A stretch of 64,000 nucleotides of DNA from positions 1,610 through 65,609 of the forward strand of contig JAZNXV010000004.1 of NCBI GenBank assembly GCA_045594045.1, given 5' to 3'. Both the position numbers and the translations under genes were made by a program. This stretch comes from Clostridia bacterium. Lineage in GTDB: Bacteria; Bacillota; Clostridia; Christensenellales; QALW01. Below are positions 18,259 through 26,991 of the stretch, one piece after another; the stretch's first letter is position 1; every line of letters starts with the position of its first letter. Below the pieces are notes generated by a model. The model was given only the letters and a program-made list of their open reading frames with translations, made no database searches and was not told the DNA's origin.

Positions 18259-19629
18259 CTATTTACCTTGCTTTTCTGCCACCGCAAGCGAAAGTGCTGT
18301 AAATACGTTTTCGGCATACTGTAATTTTATTTTTTCATTTTGCCCTAACTCGCGCTTGTTACCCATAGGTAAAATAACACGCTTAAAGCCTGCTTTAACA
18401 CACTCGTCAATACGTTGTCGGCAACCGTTTATTGCACGAAGCTCGCCAGTTAAGCCAACCTCACCCAGAACAACCGTGTCGCTTGGCAACGGTACGTTTT
18501 TATATGCCGAAGCTATTGCCGCGAGTATAGGTAAATCGGTTGCAGGCTCGTCAATACGCAAGCCACCTGCCACAGAAACGTAAACGTCCTGATTATACAG
18601 CGAATATCCGAGGCGTTTTTCAAGCACCGCCAGGAGCGTTACCATTCGGCTGTAATCTACGCCGCTGGCAACTCTGCGTGGGTTGTTAAAGCCCGAAGCC
18701 CCCGTCAAAGCCTGAATTTCCACAAGCATTGGGCGCGTACCTTCAAGTGAGCACATAGTAGCAGTACCTTCAACCGGTTCAGTGCGCTGGGACATAAACA
18801 ACTCCGATGGATTTAAAACGTCCATCATTCCCTGCTCGCTCATTTCAAAAACGCCTATTTCATTTGTTGACCCAAAGCGGTTTTTATTACTGCGCAAAAC
18901 ACGATAGGCGCTGTTTTTTTCACCTTCAAAGTACATAACCGTATCAACAATATGCTCAAGCACCTTCGGTCCTGCAAGAGTTCCTTCCTTGGTAACATGA
19001 CCTACGGTAAAAATTGAAGTGCCGTCTTCCTTCGCCTTGCGCATAAGGCGCGAAGCACATTCGCGCACCTGGGATACCGTTCCGGGTGCAGAATTCAAAT
19101 ACGACGCATAAACCGTTTGAATAGAATCAATTATTGCAATATCAGGCTTTTCGGTGCTTAACACAGCACAGATTTCATCAATATCGGTTTCGGCAAGAAT
19201 ATAAATCCTCTCCGCCGCGCAACCAAGCCTATCTGCCCGCAGCTTTATTTGGTAGGCAGATTCCTCTGCAGAAATATACAGCACCTTTTTTTCCTTTGAA
19301 ACAAAGTTACACACCTGCAAAAGCAGGGTTGATTTTCCGATACCGGGGTCACCCCCGCAAAGCACAATACTGCCTTGAACAATGCCGCCGCCGAGAACTC
19401 TGTCAAGCTCTCCGCTACCTGAAGAAAACCTCACCTGTGCGCTTGTTTTAATTTTATCGAGGCTCTGTACTTCCTTTGTTGCCTTGCGCGGTACTTCACC
19501 TTTTTTTGTTACAACCACCGCTTGCTCTTCCAAGGTGCCCCATTCTTCGCAAGACGGGCATTTTCCAAGCCATTTTCCTGTTTCAAAGCCGCAGCTTGAA
19601 CAGATATAAACTGTTTTTTCTTTTGCCAT
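18259..19629 (-). CDS. radA: DNA repair protein RadA/Sms
   Basis: 456 aa with a Zn-finger CSSCGFETGKWLGKCPSC, Walker A GDPGIGKST, a KNRFG motif and a Lon-like C-terminal domain. Confidence 0.95.
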   Translation of the reverse strand: MAKEKTVYICSSCGFETGKWLGKCPSCEEWGTLEEQAVVVTKKGEVPRKATKEVQSLDKIKTSAQVRFSSGSGELDRVLGGGIVQGSIVLCGGDPGIGKSTLLLQVCNFVSKEKKVLYISAEESAYQIKLRADRLGCAAERIYILAETDIDEICAVLSTEKPDIAIIDSIQTVYASYLNSAPGTVSQVRECASRLMRKAKEDGTSIFTVGHVTKEGTLAGPKVLEHIVDTVMYFEGEKNSAYRVLRSNKNRFGSTNEIGVFEMSEQGMMDVLNPSELFMSQRTEPVEGTATMCSLEGTRPMLVEIQALTGASGFNNPRRVASGVDYSRMVTLLAVLEKRLGYSLYNQDVYVSVAGGLRIDEPATDLPILAAIASAYKNVPLPSDTVVLGEVGLTGELRAINGCRQRIDECVKAGFKRVILPMGNKRELGQNEKIKLQYAENVFTALSLAVAEKQGK

Positions 19630-19632
19630 AAG

Positions 19633-20895
19633 CTACCCTAAAATATTATATTTAAAAACGTCTTTTCCGCTTGTTTCCGTTTTATCCTCCCAAACGATCA
19701 TTGTGCCGAACGCTTGAGGTAAAATAGCGCTGTGCCCTGATTCAGATACCTGCACAAGCACGTCCTGCTTATAGTAATAGGCATAGATTATTTGATTTGA
19801 TACAAACGCTATAAAGTCATCACCTATAGAATACTGGGTTACGTTGTTCCAGAACTTTTTGGGCTCAAGCGCCCCGCTTTTATACGCATAATAAAGGCTT
19901 GAATCGGGTGCGTTATTCTTATCAATCCAAACAAAGATATCGTCGTTACAAATAGGCTTGTGAACGTACGTTCCCGTTATAAAGGTTTCCGGCAACAGCT
20001 CACCGCTGTCCTCACCTTCAGCCTCGTCGGACGTTTCGTTTTCGTCCTGAGTGTTTGACTGACCTAATTCATCAAAGGTTATATTGTAAATTGCACTTTT
20101 GTTTTGACCCGGTGCAGTTTTATCTTCTTCAGCCCAAATAACCATGTTTTTGTAAATATACGGCGTGCTTATGGCGTAATTTGTGTTGGTAAACTGTTGA
20201 AGCGCCATGTTTTCGTCAGTAGTTAAATCAACAAAATAAAGCTTGTCCTCGCTATCGCTAACCTGCTCCATCCATACCAAATAGTTGCCGTAAAGCCCAA
20301 GGCGCGGCATATGGTTTTCAGTTTGCTGTACAACCGATACCGTATTTGCCTTAACACCGTTAACTTCTTCCCTGTTCATTTTATAAATGATGTTTGTGCC
20401 CTTGTGGTCTGTATCAAGCCAAACAATCCATTTTTCAGAAAGATACGTTTCATATATTTCGCCGCCGCTGATAGTAGATTGAGCTATTTTTTTTGCTTTA
20501 CCTGTAACAGCATCGAAAAGATAAAGGTTTGTAAGCACCGATTTCTCCAAGCTTCCCGTGCCTGCCGAAAACAGAAGCTCGTGCCCTGAAATACTTGGGT
20601 GATTAACTCTTACCTCATCAACCTCAAGCACCTTTACCGTATTGGAATGGTCAAGCACGCTGAACTTAATCTCGTCCGTAGCGTTTGGCGTAGGCCACGG
20701 CGCATCGGGGTTGCCGCCCGCAGTATTAAGGGTACCGTTAGCCCAAAGCACGTTAAGAATAATAGCTATTACAAGCAAAACGCTTGCGCAAGCATAAAAC
20801 GCCATATCGCGTTTCTTTTTGAGCTGTACAACCTTTGGGTCCTCGCCTTTTCTGTATTTATGATTCAATGCTTCGCCTATTTGTGAAAATTTCAC
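19633..20895 (-). CDS. Hypothetical single-pass membrane protein with a repeat-rich (beta-propeller-like) extracytoplasmic domain
   Basis: 420 aa with a GTG start and a TM segment at about aa 31-52. The motif hhhW.(D/E) recurs: WIVWLDTD, YLVWMEQV, MVIWAEED, IFVWIDKN, MIVWEDKT. There is an acidic linker DENETSDEAEGEDSGE. The stop lies 3 nt before the radA start. Confidence 0.5.
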   Translation of the reverse strand: MKFSQIGEALNHKYRKGEDPKVVQLKKKRDMAFYACASVLLVIAIILNVLWANGTLNTAGGNPDAPWPTPNATDEIKFSVLDHSNTVKVLEVDEVRVNHPSISGHELLFSAGTGSLEKSVLTNLYLFDAVTGKAKKIAQSTISGGEIYETYLSEKWIVWLDTDHKGTNIIYKMNREEVNGVKANTVSVVQQTENHMPRLGLYGNYLVWMEQVSDSEDKLYFVDLTTDENMALQQFTNTNYAISTPYIYKNMVIWAEEDKTAPGQNKSAIYNITFDELGQSNTQDENETSDEAEGEDSGELLPETFITGTYVHKPICNDDIFVWIDKNNAPDSSLYYAYKSGALEPKKFWNNVTQYSIGDDFIAFVSNQIIYAYYYKQDVLVQVSESGHSAILPQAFGTMIVWEDKTETSGKDVFKYNILG

Positions 20896-20942
20896 ACTGA
20901 CACCTTGCCTTTCGGTATTTTATAAGTATAAAATCAGCTTTA

Positions 20943-20962
20943 AAAACAGCTTTTGCTGTTTT
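20943..20962 (-). terminator. Weak hairpin between ispDF and the downstream gene
   Basis: Stem aaaacagc/gctgtttt with a 4-nt loop. It is short, so it may act only as a partial terminator. Confidence 0.3.
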
Positions 20963-20971
20963 ATCAGCCTA

Positions 20972-22087
20972 TCAGAACACCTTTTCAAGCATTACCGTTG
21001 CCTGCGCGGCTATACCCTCTTCTCTGCCGCAGAAGCCCAGTTTCTCCGTAGTAGTTGCCGCAACGTTTACCCGTTGAACGCCAATCTCCAGGGCGCCCGC
21101 TATGTTTTTATTCATCGTTTCAATAAAAGGAGCAAGCTTTGGCTTTTGCGCCATAACAACTGCGCTTACATTTACAATCTTAAACCCGTGCTCGCTTAAC
21201 AAATCAAATACCTTTTTTAATAAAAGCATACTCGAAATACCCTTAAAGCTTTGGTCCGTATCAGGAAAGTGCTTGCCTATATCGCCAAGACCTGCCGCGC
21301 CTAAAAGAGCGTCCATTATTGCGTGCACAAGCACGTCAGCATCAGAATGCCCTTCAAGTCCCAAAGCGTGCGGAACTTCAACACCGCCCAAAATGAGCTT
21401 TCTGTTTTCTGTAAGTCTGTGAACGTCATAACCCATTCCGCTTAAGAAAATCGGTGCCATTTTTATATCTTCCTTCGTAGTTATTTTTCTGTTTGCGTAT
21501 CCGCCCTCGACCATTACCGTTTTTTTGCCGAACGCTTCAAAAACAGCAGCATCGTCGGTATATTCCGTGCCTTTCATTTCATAGGCTTCCGTAAGCTCTG
21601 CTAACATAAACCCCTGGGGCGTTTGTGCGGCATAAAGAGTTGCACGGTTAGGCGTATTTACGATATTTTTGCTTCCGTCCGTCTGTTTAATTGTGTCAGT
21701 AACCCTTACTCCTGCTACTGCGCCGATGCCGTCTGCAATTCCGTTTATAACGTTAGTAATAATTTCCTCGGTTACGAACGGGCGTGCGCCGTCGTGCACA
21801 AGCACCTTTTCAAAATTTCCTTCAAGTGCCCTTAATCCGTTTAAAACAGATTCGCCTCGATTATTCCCACCTGCCGCATAGAGCACGCTGTCACCTAAAA
21901 CTTCTTTAAGACGCATTTCGTCCTTTTGACTGTGGACAACCAAAACCTTGTCAATAAGCGGGTGCGTTAAAAAAACATCTACGGTTTTTTTAATCATAGG
22001 CACGCCGTCAATGTTCAAAAATATTTTGTTTTCTTTAAGCCCCGTGCGAGTTCCCGCACCTGCAGCGGCAATAAGTGCGCAAATCAT
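20972..22087 (-). CDS. ispDF: Bifunctional IspD/IspF (MEP cytidylyltransferase / MEcPP synthase)
   Basis: 371 aa. The N-terminal part is [10 protein letters not shown] (IspD). The C-terminal part is GMGYDVHRL...[12 protein letters not shown] (IspF). Confidence 0.9.
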   Translation of the reverse strand: MICALIAAAGAGTRTGLKENKIFLNIDGVPMIKKTVDVFLTHPLIDKVLVVHSQKDEMRLKEVLGDSVLYAAGGNNRGESVLNGLRALEGNFEKVLVHDGARPFVTEEIITNVINGIADGIGAVAGVRVTDTIKQTDGSKNIVNTPNRATLYAAQTPQGFMLAELTEAYEMKGTEYTDDAAVFEAFGKKTVMVEGGYANRKITTKEDIKMAPIFLSGMGYDVHRLTENRKLILGGVEVPHALGLEGHSDADVLVHAIMDALLGAAGLGDIGKHFPDTDQSFKGISSMLLLKKVFDLLSEHGFKIVNVSAVVMAQKPKLAPFIETMNKNIAGALEIGVQRVNVAATTTEKLGFCGREEGIAAQATVMLEKVF

Positions 22088-22326
22088 TGAACTTCCTCAA
22101 ACATTAAGCTATTATTTTGTTTGGCTTCTCTTTCATCGTCAAAAAGCACTCTGAACGAAAGAAGCCTTTCCCCGAATTTAATTTGTATAATATCGCCCTT
22201 TTTAATTGTATAAGATGCCTTTGCGATTTTTCCGTTAACGGTTACTCTGCCCGCATCGCAAGCATCATTTGAAACTGTCCGACGCTTAATTATGCGCGAA
22301 ACCTTTAAATATTTATCCAGCCGCAT
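22084..22326 (-). CDS. Small S4-domain RNA-binding protein (Hsp15 / YabO-RqcP-like)
   Basis: 80 aa, [33 protein letters not shown]... Its stop overlaps the ispDF start (ATGA). Confidence 0.7.
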   Translation of the reverse strand: MRLDKYLKVSRIIKRRTVSNDACDAGRVTVNGKIAKASYTIKKGDIIQIKFGERLLSFRVLFDDEREAKQNNSLMFEEVQ

Positions 22327-22435
22327 TTTATTCTCCTATAGATATATATTTTAATTATAACATATATGAATGCTTTTGAACAGAACATTTTTGTGATAGA
22401 AATTTAAAAATATTGATGCAAATATTTTCATATAA

Positions 22436-22444
22436 TGGTATAAT
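22436..22444 (+). promoter_or_regulatory. Extended -10 promoter element (TGgTATAAT) upstream of the CDF transporter
   Basis: TGgTATAAT at 22436-22444. The -35 region is weak (aTGCAA). Confidence 0.4.
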
Positions 22445-22461
22445 AAGCAAGTAAACTGTGT

Positions 22462-22508
22462 AAAACGCAGCTGTTTTATATTCTTAAAAATTTGCTGTGC
22501 GTTTTTTT
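22462..22508 (+). promoter_or_regulatory. Leader hairpin plus U7 tract directly upstream of the CDF transporter RBS (possible attenuator)
   Basis: aaaacgcagc...gctgtgcgtttt forms an imperfect stem with an AU-rich extension, followed by ttttttt and then gaggtg-N6-ATG. Confidence 0.35.
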
Positions 22509-22519
22509 GAGGTGAATTT

Positions 22520-23704
22520 ATGTTCAAGTTAATGGCAAAGATTTTCATTAAAGATTATACTGACACTTCCAATGCCCTTGTACGCCAAAAATACGGCGTT
22601 TTAAGCGGTGTTACAGGTATTATCTGTAATCTTATACTGTTTGTATTAAAGCTGTTTATAGGGCTTTTAATCAACAGTGTGGCGGTAATATCTGACGCAT
22701 TTAATAACCTTTCAGATATGGGCTCTACGGTTGTTTCCATTGTGGGTATAAAGCTGAGCAATAAAAAGCCTGACCGCGATCACCCCTTCGGTCACGGAAG
22801 ATTTGAATACATATCCGCTCTAATAGTTTCATTTATTATTATGCTTGTAGGATTTGAGCTTTTAAAAACCTCTGTTGAAAAAATTATAACTCCCGCAGAA
22901 GCACAAGATATAAATTGGCTTTTAACTGCATTTCTTGCCCTTTCCCTGCCCATAAAGCTATTTATGTACGGATATAACAATGCCTTTGGAAAGGCAATAG
23001 ACTCTGCACCGTTAAAGGCTACCGCCGCCGACAGCTTAAACGATTGCATTTCGACCTCGGCAGTTATTGTGGCAACAATCATTGACGGTTTTCATATCCT
23101 GCCCTTTGCAGTTGACGGTTTTGTAGGCGCACTTGTTTCCCTTTTAATTATGTTTGCAGGCTTCTCCGTTGCAAAGGATACGGTAGGTCTGCTTTTAGGC
23201 ACCGCCCCTGATAAAAAAACTGTAAACGCAATAGCAAAAATGCTCACCGATACCGAAGAAATTGTAGGCTTGCACGATTTAATTGTTCACGATTACGGCC
23301 CCGGCAGGCTTTTTGCATCGGTACACGCAGAAATCCCCGACAACGCAGATATTATTGCCGCCCACGAAACTATCGACAAGGTAGAAAAACAAATTTTTAA
23401 CGAGCTTGGTTGTGAAATTTCCATTCACGTTGACCCAATATCCGTAAACAACCCCGACCTTAAGGCTGTAAAGGAACAAATTGACAAGGTGCTTGCAGAA
23501 AATAACTGTCCTTGGAACGTTCACGATTTGCGTATGACAGATGGCTTTGATAACAAAAACATTATTTTCGATATTATCGTTCCCTTTGAAGCCAGCACAG
23601 CCCTTACGGAAGAAATACTCAAAAAGCTCCGCCAAGCCATTACCGAGCTTGACCAAAAGTATTCGGTGGTTATTCAGGTGGACAGAGATTTTATCAACTT
23701 CTAA
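22520..23704 (+). CDS. Cation diffusion facilitator (CDF) family metal efflux transporter
   Basis: 394 aa with DAFNNLSD, HPFGHGRFEY and a C-terminal cytoplasmic domain ..LHDLIVHDYGPG.. Confidence 0.85.
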   Translation: MFKLMAKIFIKDYTDTSNALVRQKYGVLSGVTGIICNLILFVLKLFIGLLINSVAVISDAFNNLSDMGSTVVSIVGIKLSNKKPDRDHPFGHGRFEYISALIVSFIIMLVGFELLKTSVEKIITPAEAQDINWLLTAFLALSLPIKLFMYGYNNAFGKAIDSAPLKATAADSLNDCISTSAVIVATIIDGFHILPFAVDGFVGALVSLLIMFAGFSVAKDTVGLLLGTAPDKKTVNAIAKMLTDTEEIVGLHDLIVHDYGPGRLFASVHAEIPDNADIIAAHETIDKVEKQIFNELGCEISIHVDPISVNNPDLKAVKEQIDKVLAENNCPWNVHDLRMTDGFDNKNIIFDIIVPFEASTALTEEILKKLRQAITELDQKYSVVIQVDRDFINF

Positions 23705-23753
23705 CAAACCTTTTTGCGTATCTTACAAGGAAAATAACACGCCAAAAAATAGC

Positions 23754-23782
23754 AAAGCACTTGATTAAAAACCAAGTGCTTT
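23754..23782. terminator. Bidirectional terminator between CDF and aspS
   Basis: 10-bp stem aaagcacttg/caagtgcttt followed by a T-run. Confidence 0.7.
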
Positions 23783-23809
23783 TATTTTTTTATCTTTACT
23801 TTTTCGCCT

Positions 23810-25600
23810 TTATTCTTTTTCAGCGGTAGATGCGATAAACAGCTCGTCCATTTGCTTTTGTTCAACCACGTCGGGTGCGCCTGTTAACAAGCAAGAGGCA
23901 TTTTGCATTTTGGGGAATGCAATAACGTCCTTAATATTATCTGCCCCTGCAAGAAGCATAACAAGTCTGTCGAACCCAAGTGCAAGACCACCGTGTGGCG
24001 GTGCGCCGTACTTAAATGCTTCTACCAAGAAGCCAAAGCGGTCCATAATATCCTCGTCCTTAAAACCTAAAAGATTAAACATTCTGTTTTGGATTTCGGA
24101 AGAGTGAATTCTTATACTGCCGCCGCCAAGCTCGTAGCCGTTAAGTACAATATCGTAAGCCTTTGCACGAACGCTTCCGGGGTCTGTTTCCAAAATAGGA
24201 AGGTCCTCGTCCATAGGTGACGTAAAGGGGTGGTGTACTGCAACGAAGCGGTTTTCTTCCTCGTCGAACTCTAAAAGCGGGAACTCGGTTACCCAAACAA
24301 GCTCGTATGTATCAGGCTTAATAAGTCCTGTCTTTCTTGCGATTTCCTGACGAAGCTGACCTAAACTATCAAATACAACGTTATTTTTATCGGCAACAGC
24401 AAAAATAATGTCACCGTTCTGCGCATTCATACGCTCAGCAATAGCATCAAATTCTTCGGTTGTAAAGAATTTGTTTACGCTTGTTCTGTAGCCTTCGGCA
24501 GTTTTGATAATCCAAACAAGGCCCTTTGCTCTATAGGTTTTAATGTATTCTGCTAAAGCGTCAATATCCTTGCGTGAGAACTTATCTGCACAGTTTTTTG
24601 CAACTATTGCTCTAACGCTACCGCCGTTTTTAACAGCATCGTTGAATACGGAGAAATTGCAGTTCTCTACCATATCGGAAATATTTTTAAGCTCCATTCC
24701 GAAGCGTAAATCAGGCTTATCGGAGCCGTAATTTTCCATAGCGTCCTTATAAGTCATACGGCGTATAGGAAGGGAAATTTCAATATTCAAAACGTCCTTG
24801 AAAACCTTTTTCAAGAGCCCTTCGGTAAGGGTCATAACGTCGTTTTCTTCTACGAAGGACATTTCCATATCAATCTGTGTAAATTCGGGCTGACGGTCTG
24901 CACGAAGGTCCTCATCTCTGAAGCAGCGGGCAATTTGGAAATATCTATCAAAGCCCGAAACCATCAAAAGCTGTTTAAAAAGCTGTGGTGACTGGGGAAG
25001 TGCAAAGAACGTTCCCGGCTGAACACGGCTCGGTACAAGATAATCTCTGGCGCCTTCAGGCGTGCTCTTTGTAAGCATGGGTGTTTCAACCTCTAAAAAT
25101 CCGTTATCGCAAAGATAATTTCTGACAGATGACGCAACGTTACTGCGCATAATAAAGTTATGCTGCATGGAAGGTCTGCGAAGGTCAAGATAACGGTATT
25201 TAAAGCGTAACGCTTCGTTTACGGAAACGCCATCATTAACTTCAAAGGGCGTAACGGCAGATTCAGAAAGAATTTTAACTGCTGTAACTTCAATTTCAAT
25301 TTCGCCTGTTTTAAGTTCCTTATTTACGTTTTCAGGCGTTCTTGCAATTACGTTACCTGTTACGGCTAAAACGTATTCGCTTCTAACGTTCTGAATTTTA
25401 TCAAAAAGCTCTTTATTTTTTGTACCGTCCCAAACCGCTTGCACAATTCCGCTACGGTCGCGAAGCCACATAAACGTAAGTCCGCCTAAATCTCTTCTGC
25501 GTTGTACCCAACCCATAACGGTCTGGCTTGTACCTATATGCTCTGCGCGAACCTCGCCGCACAAAATGGTTCTCTTTAAACCGCCTAATACTTCTGCCAT
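23810..25600 (-). CDS. aspS: Aspartate--tRNA ligase
   Basis: 596 aa class IIb aaRS with FQIARCFRDEDLRADRQPEFTQID and GLALGFDRL. Confidence 0.95.
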   Translation of the reverse strand: MAEVLGGLKRTILCGEVRAEHIGTSQTVMGWVQRRRDLGGLTFMWLRDRSGIVQAVWDGTKNKELFDKIQNVRSEYVLAVTGNVIARTPENVNKELKTGEIEIEVTAVKILSESAVTPFEVNDGVSVNEALRFKYRYLDLRRPSMQHNFIMRSNVASSVRNYLCDNGFLEVETPMLTKSTPEGARDYLVPSRVQPGTFFALPQSPQLFKQLLMVSGFDRYFQIARCFRDEDLRADRQPEFTQIDMEMSFVEENDVMTLTEGLLKKVFKDVLNIEISLPIRRMTYKDAMENYGSDKPDLRFGMELKNISDMVENCNFSVFNDAVKNGGSVRAIVAKNCADKFSRKDIDALAEYIKTYRAKGLVWIIKTAEGYRTSVNKFFTTEEFDAIAERMNAQNGDIIFAVADKNNVVFDSLGQLRQEIARKTGLIKPDTYELVWVTEFPLLEFDEEENRFVAVHHPFTSPMDEDLPILETDPGSVRAKAYDIVLNGYELGGGSIRIHSSEIQNRMFNLLGFKDEDIMDRFGFLVEAFKYGAPPHGGLALGFDRLVMLLAGADNIKDVIAFPKMQNASCLLTGAPDVVEQKQMDELFIASTAEKE

Positions 25601-25604
25601 AATT

Positions 25605-26858
25605 TTAACCTCTGACTAAAATATTTATAATTTCTTCGGGTGTTAACTGCTGTTGTGTGCCGTCTGACATATTTTTAAGCACATATTTGCCTGTTGCAAG
25701 CTCTTCTGAACCGATTACCACAGTATATGGTACATTCAGTTTTCCTGCATATTTAAACTGAGCCTTAAAGGAGCGCTTATTATGGTCGCCCTCTGCGGCA
25801 ATGCCGCTTTTTCGCAAGGCTTGCACAAATTCAAATGCCTTAATGCGCTCTTCGTTTGATGCGCCTGAAACAACATAAACCTTAAATAATTCAGGCTCTT
25901 CCGGAAGCAAGCTTTGATTCTCCATAAGCATAAGCAAACGCTCGATACCCATACCGAAGCCTATACCGCAGGTTTCCTTTCCGCCAAGCTGTTCCACAAG
26001 ACCGTCGTATCTTCCGCCGCCGCAAACGGTCAGCTCGCCTCCGTCAACGGGAGCAATAATTTCAAATACTGTCTTGGTATAGTAATCAAGACCTCTGACG
26101 ATGCGGGGATTAACCCTAAAAGGAATTTCCATTGTGGTCAAAATCTGTTTAAGCATTTCAAAATGCTCGGCGCACTCGTCACAGATATAATCTAAAATAA
26201 CGGGAGCATTTTCAGCATCTCTGCCACAATCGACATCCTTGCAGTCTAAAATTCGCATAGGATTGCGCTCTAAGCGGCTTAAGCAAGTTTCGCAAAGCTT
26301 TTTGCCCGCAAAATATTCCTTTAATGCCTGATTGTATCTATCGCGGCACTTAGGGCAACCGATACTGTTAATGTTAAGGGTAAGCCCCTTAAGTCCGCAA
26401 GATGCAAGCACGTTAAAGCCAAGCATAATAATTTCTGCATCCAAGGTGGGCTCACTGCCACCGAAAGCTTCTACACCGAACTGATGATGCTCTCTTAATC
26501 TGCCGCTTTGTGGCTTTTCATATCTGTAAACGGGTGTAAAATAAAACATTTTAAGTGGAAGAGCGTCGTTGAACATACCGTGCTCAATAAAAGCTCTTGC
26601 CGCGCCTGCTGTTCCTTCAGGCTTTAAGGTAATGCTTCTTTCGCCCTTATCTAAAAACGTGTACATTTCCTTTTGTACAACGTCTGTTGTATCACCTACG
26701 CCGCGCAAGAAAAGCTCCGTATGCTCAAAGCCCGGAGTGCGAACCTCACGGAAACCGCTTCTGCGGGCATTTTCCTTCATTATGCCTTCAACGTAATGCC
26801 ATTTATATGCGTCCTTTGGTGTAACGTCTTTTGTGCCTTTTGGTGCTTGTGTAAGCAT
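25605..26858 (-). CDS. hisS: Histidine--tRNA ligase
   Basis: 417 aa with PKGTKD, YRYEKPQSGRLREHHQFGVE and GGGRYDGL. It lies 4 nt upstream of aspS. Confidence 0.95.
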   Translation of the reverse strand: MLTQAPKGTKDVTPKDAYKWHYVEGIMKENARRSGFREVRTPGFEHTELFLRGVGDTTDVVQKEMYTFLDKGERSITLKPEGTAGAARAFIEHGMFNDALPLKMFYFTPVYRYEKPQSGRLREHHQFGVEAFGGSEPTLDAEIIMLGFNVLASCGLKGLTLNINSIGCPKCRDRYNQALKEYFAGKKLCETCLSRLERNPMRILDCKDVDCGRDAENAPVILDYICDECAEHFEMLKQILTTMEIPFRVNPRIVRGLDYYTKTVFEIIAPVDGGELTVCGGGRYDGLVEQLGGKETCGIGFGMGIERLLMLMENQSLLPEEPELFKVYVVSGASNEERIKAFEFVQALRKSGIAAEGDHNKRSFKAQFKYAGKLNVPYTVVIGSEELATGKYVLKNMSDGTQQQLTPEEIINILVRG

Positions 26859-26957
26859 AAAAATTCTCCTAAACTGTTAATGTTAGTGCGTTTAAAAGCT
26901 TTTTTAATTGCGTGCAGTTTTTGCACATAGCTTTTAATACACAAAATATATAAATAT

Positions 26958-26985
26958 ATTATAAATCTTTTTTTATTTGTGTCAA
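26958..26985 (-). promoter_or_regulatory. Predicted sigma-A promoter of hisS-aspS
   Basis: On the minus strand: TTGACA (26985-26980), 16-nt spacer, TATAAT (26963-26958). The leader of about 95 nt has no T-box signature. Confidence 0.5.
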
Positions 26986-26991
26986 TTACAA

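Noticed and set aside
22462-22508. czcD (NiCo) riboswitch upstream of the CDF transporter
   Set aside because: The leader of about 75 nt is too short for the four-helix NiCo architecture and lacks G-rich conserved junction sequence. It is kept only as a generic attenuator candidate.
22351-22548. 65-aa minus-strand ORF, plus similar ORFs at 26780-26995 and 56771-56956, in AT-rich divergent promoter regions
   Set aside because: There are no RBS signals, the peptides are AT-rich and low-complexity, and the ORFs overlap predicted promoters. They are most likely non-coding.
26859-26991. Searched for T-box leaders upstream of hisS-aspS, and also upstream of asnS (56726-56963) and of the P-loop-thrC-trpS unit (60877-61031)
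   Set aside because: The leaders are short, about 95 nt, 30 nt and under 100 nt respectively. None contains the conserved T-box sequence (..GGUGGUACCGCG..) or a terminator/antiterminator pair. Only consensus promoters are seen.
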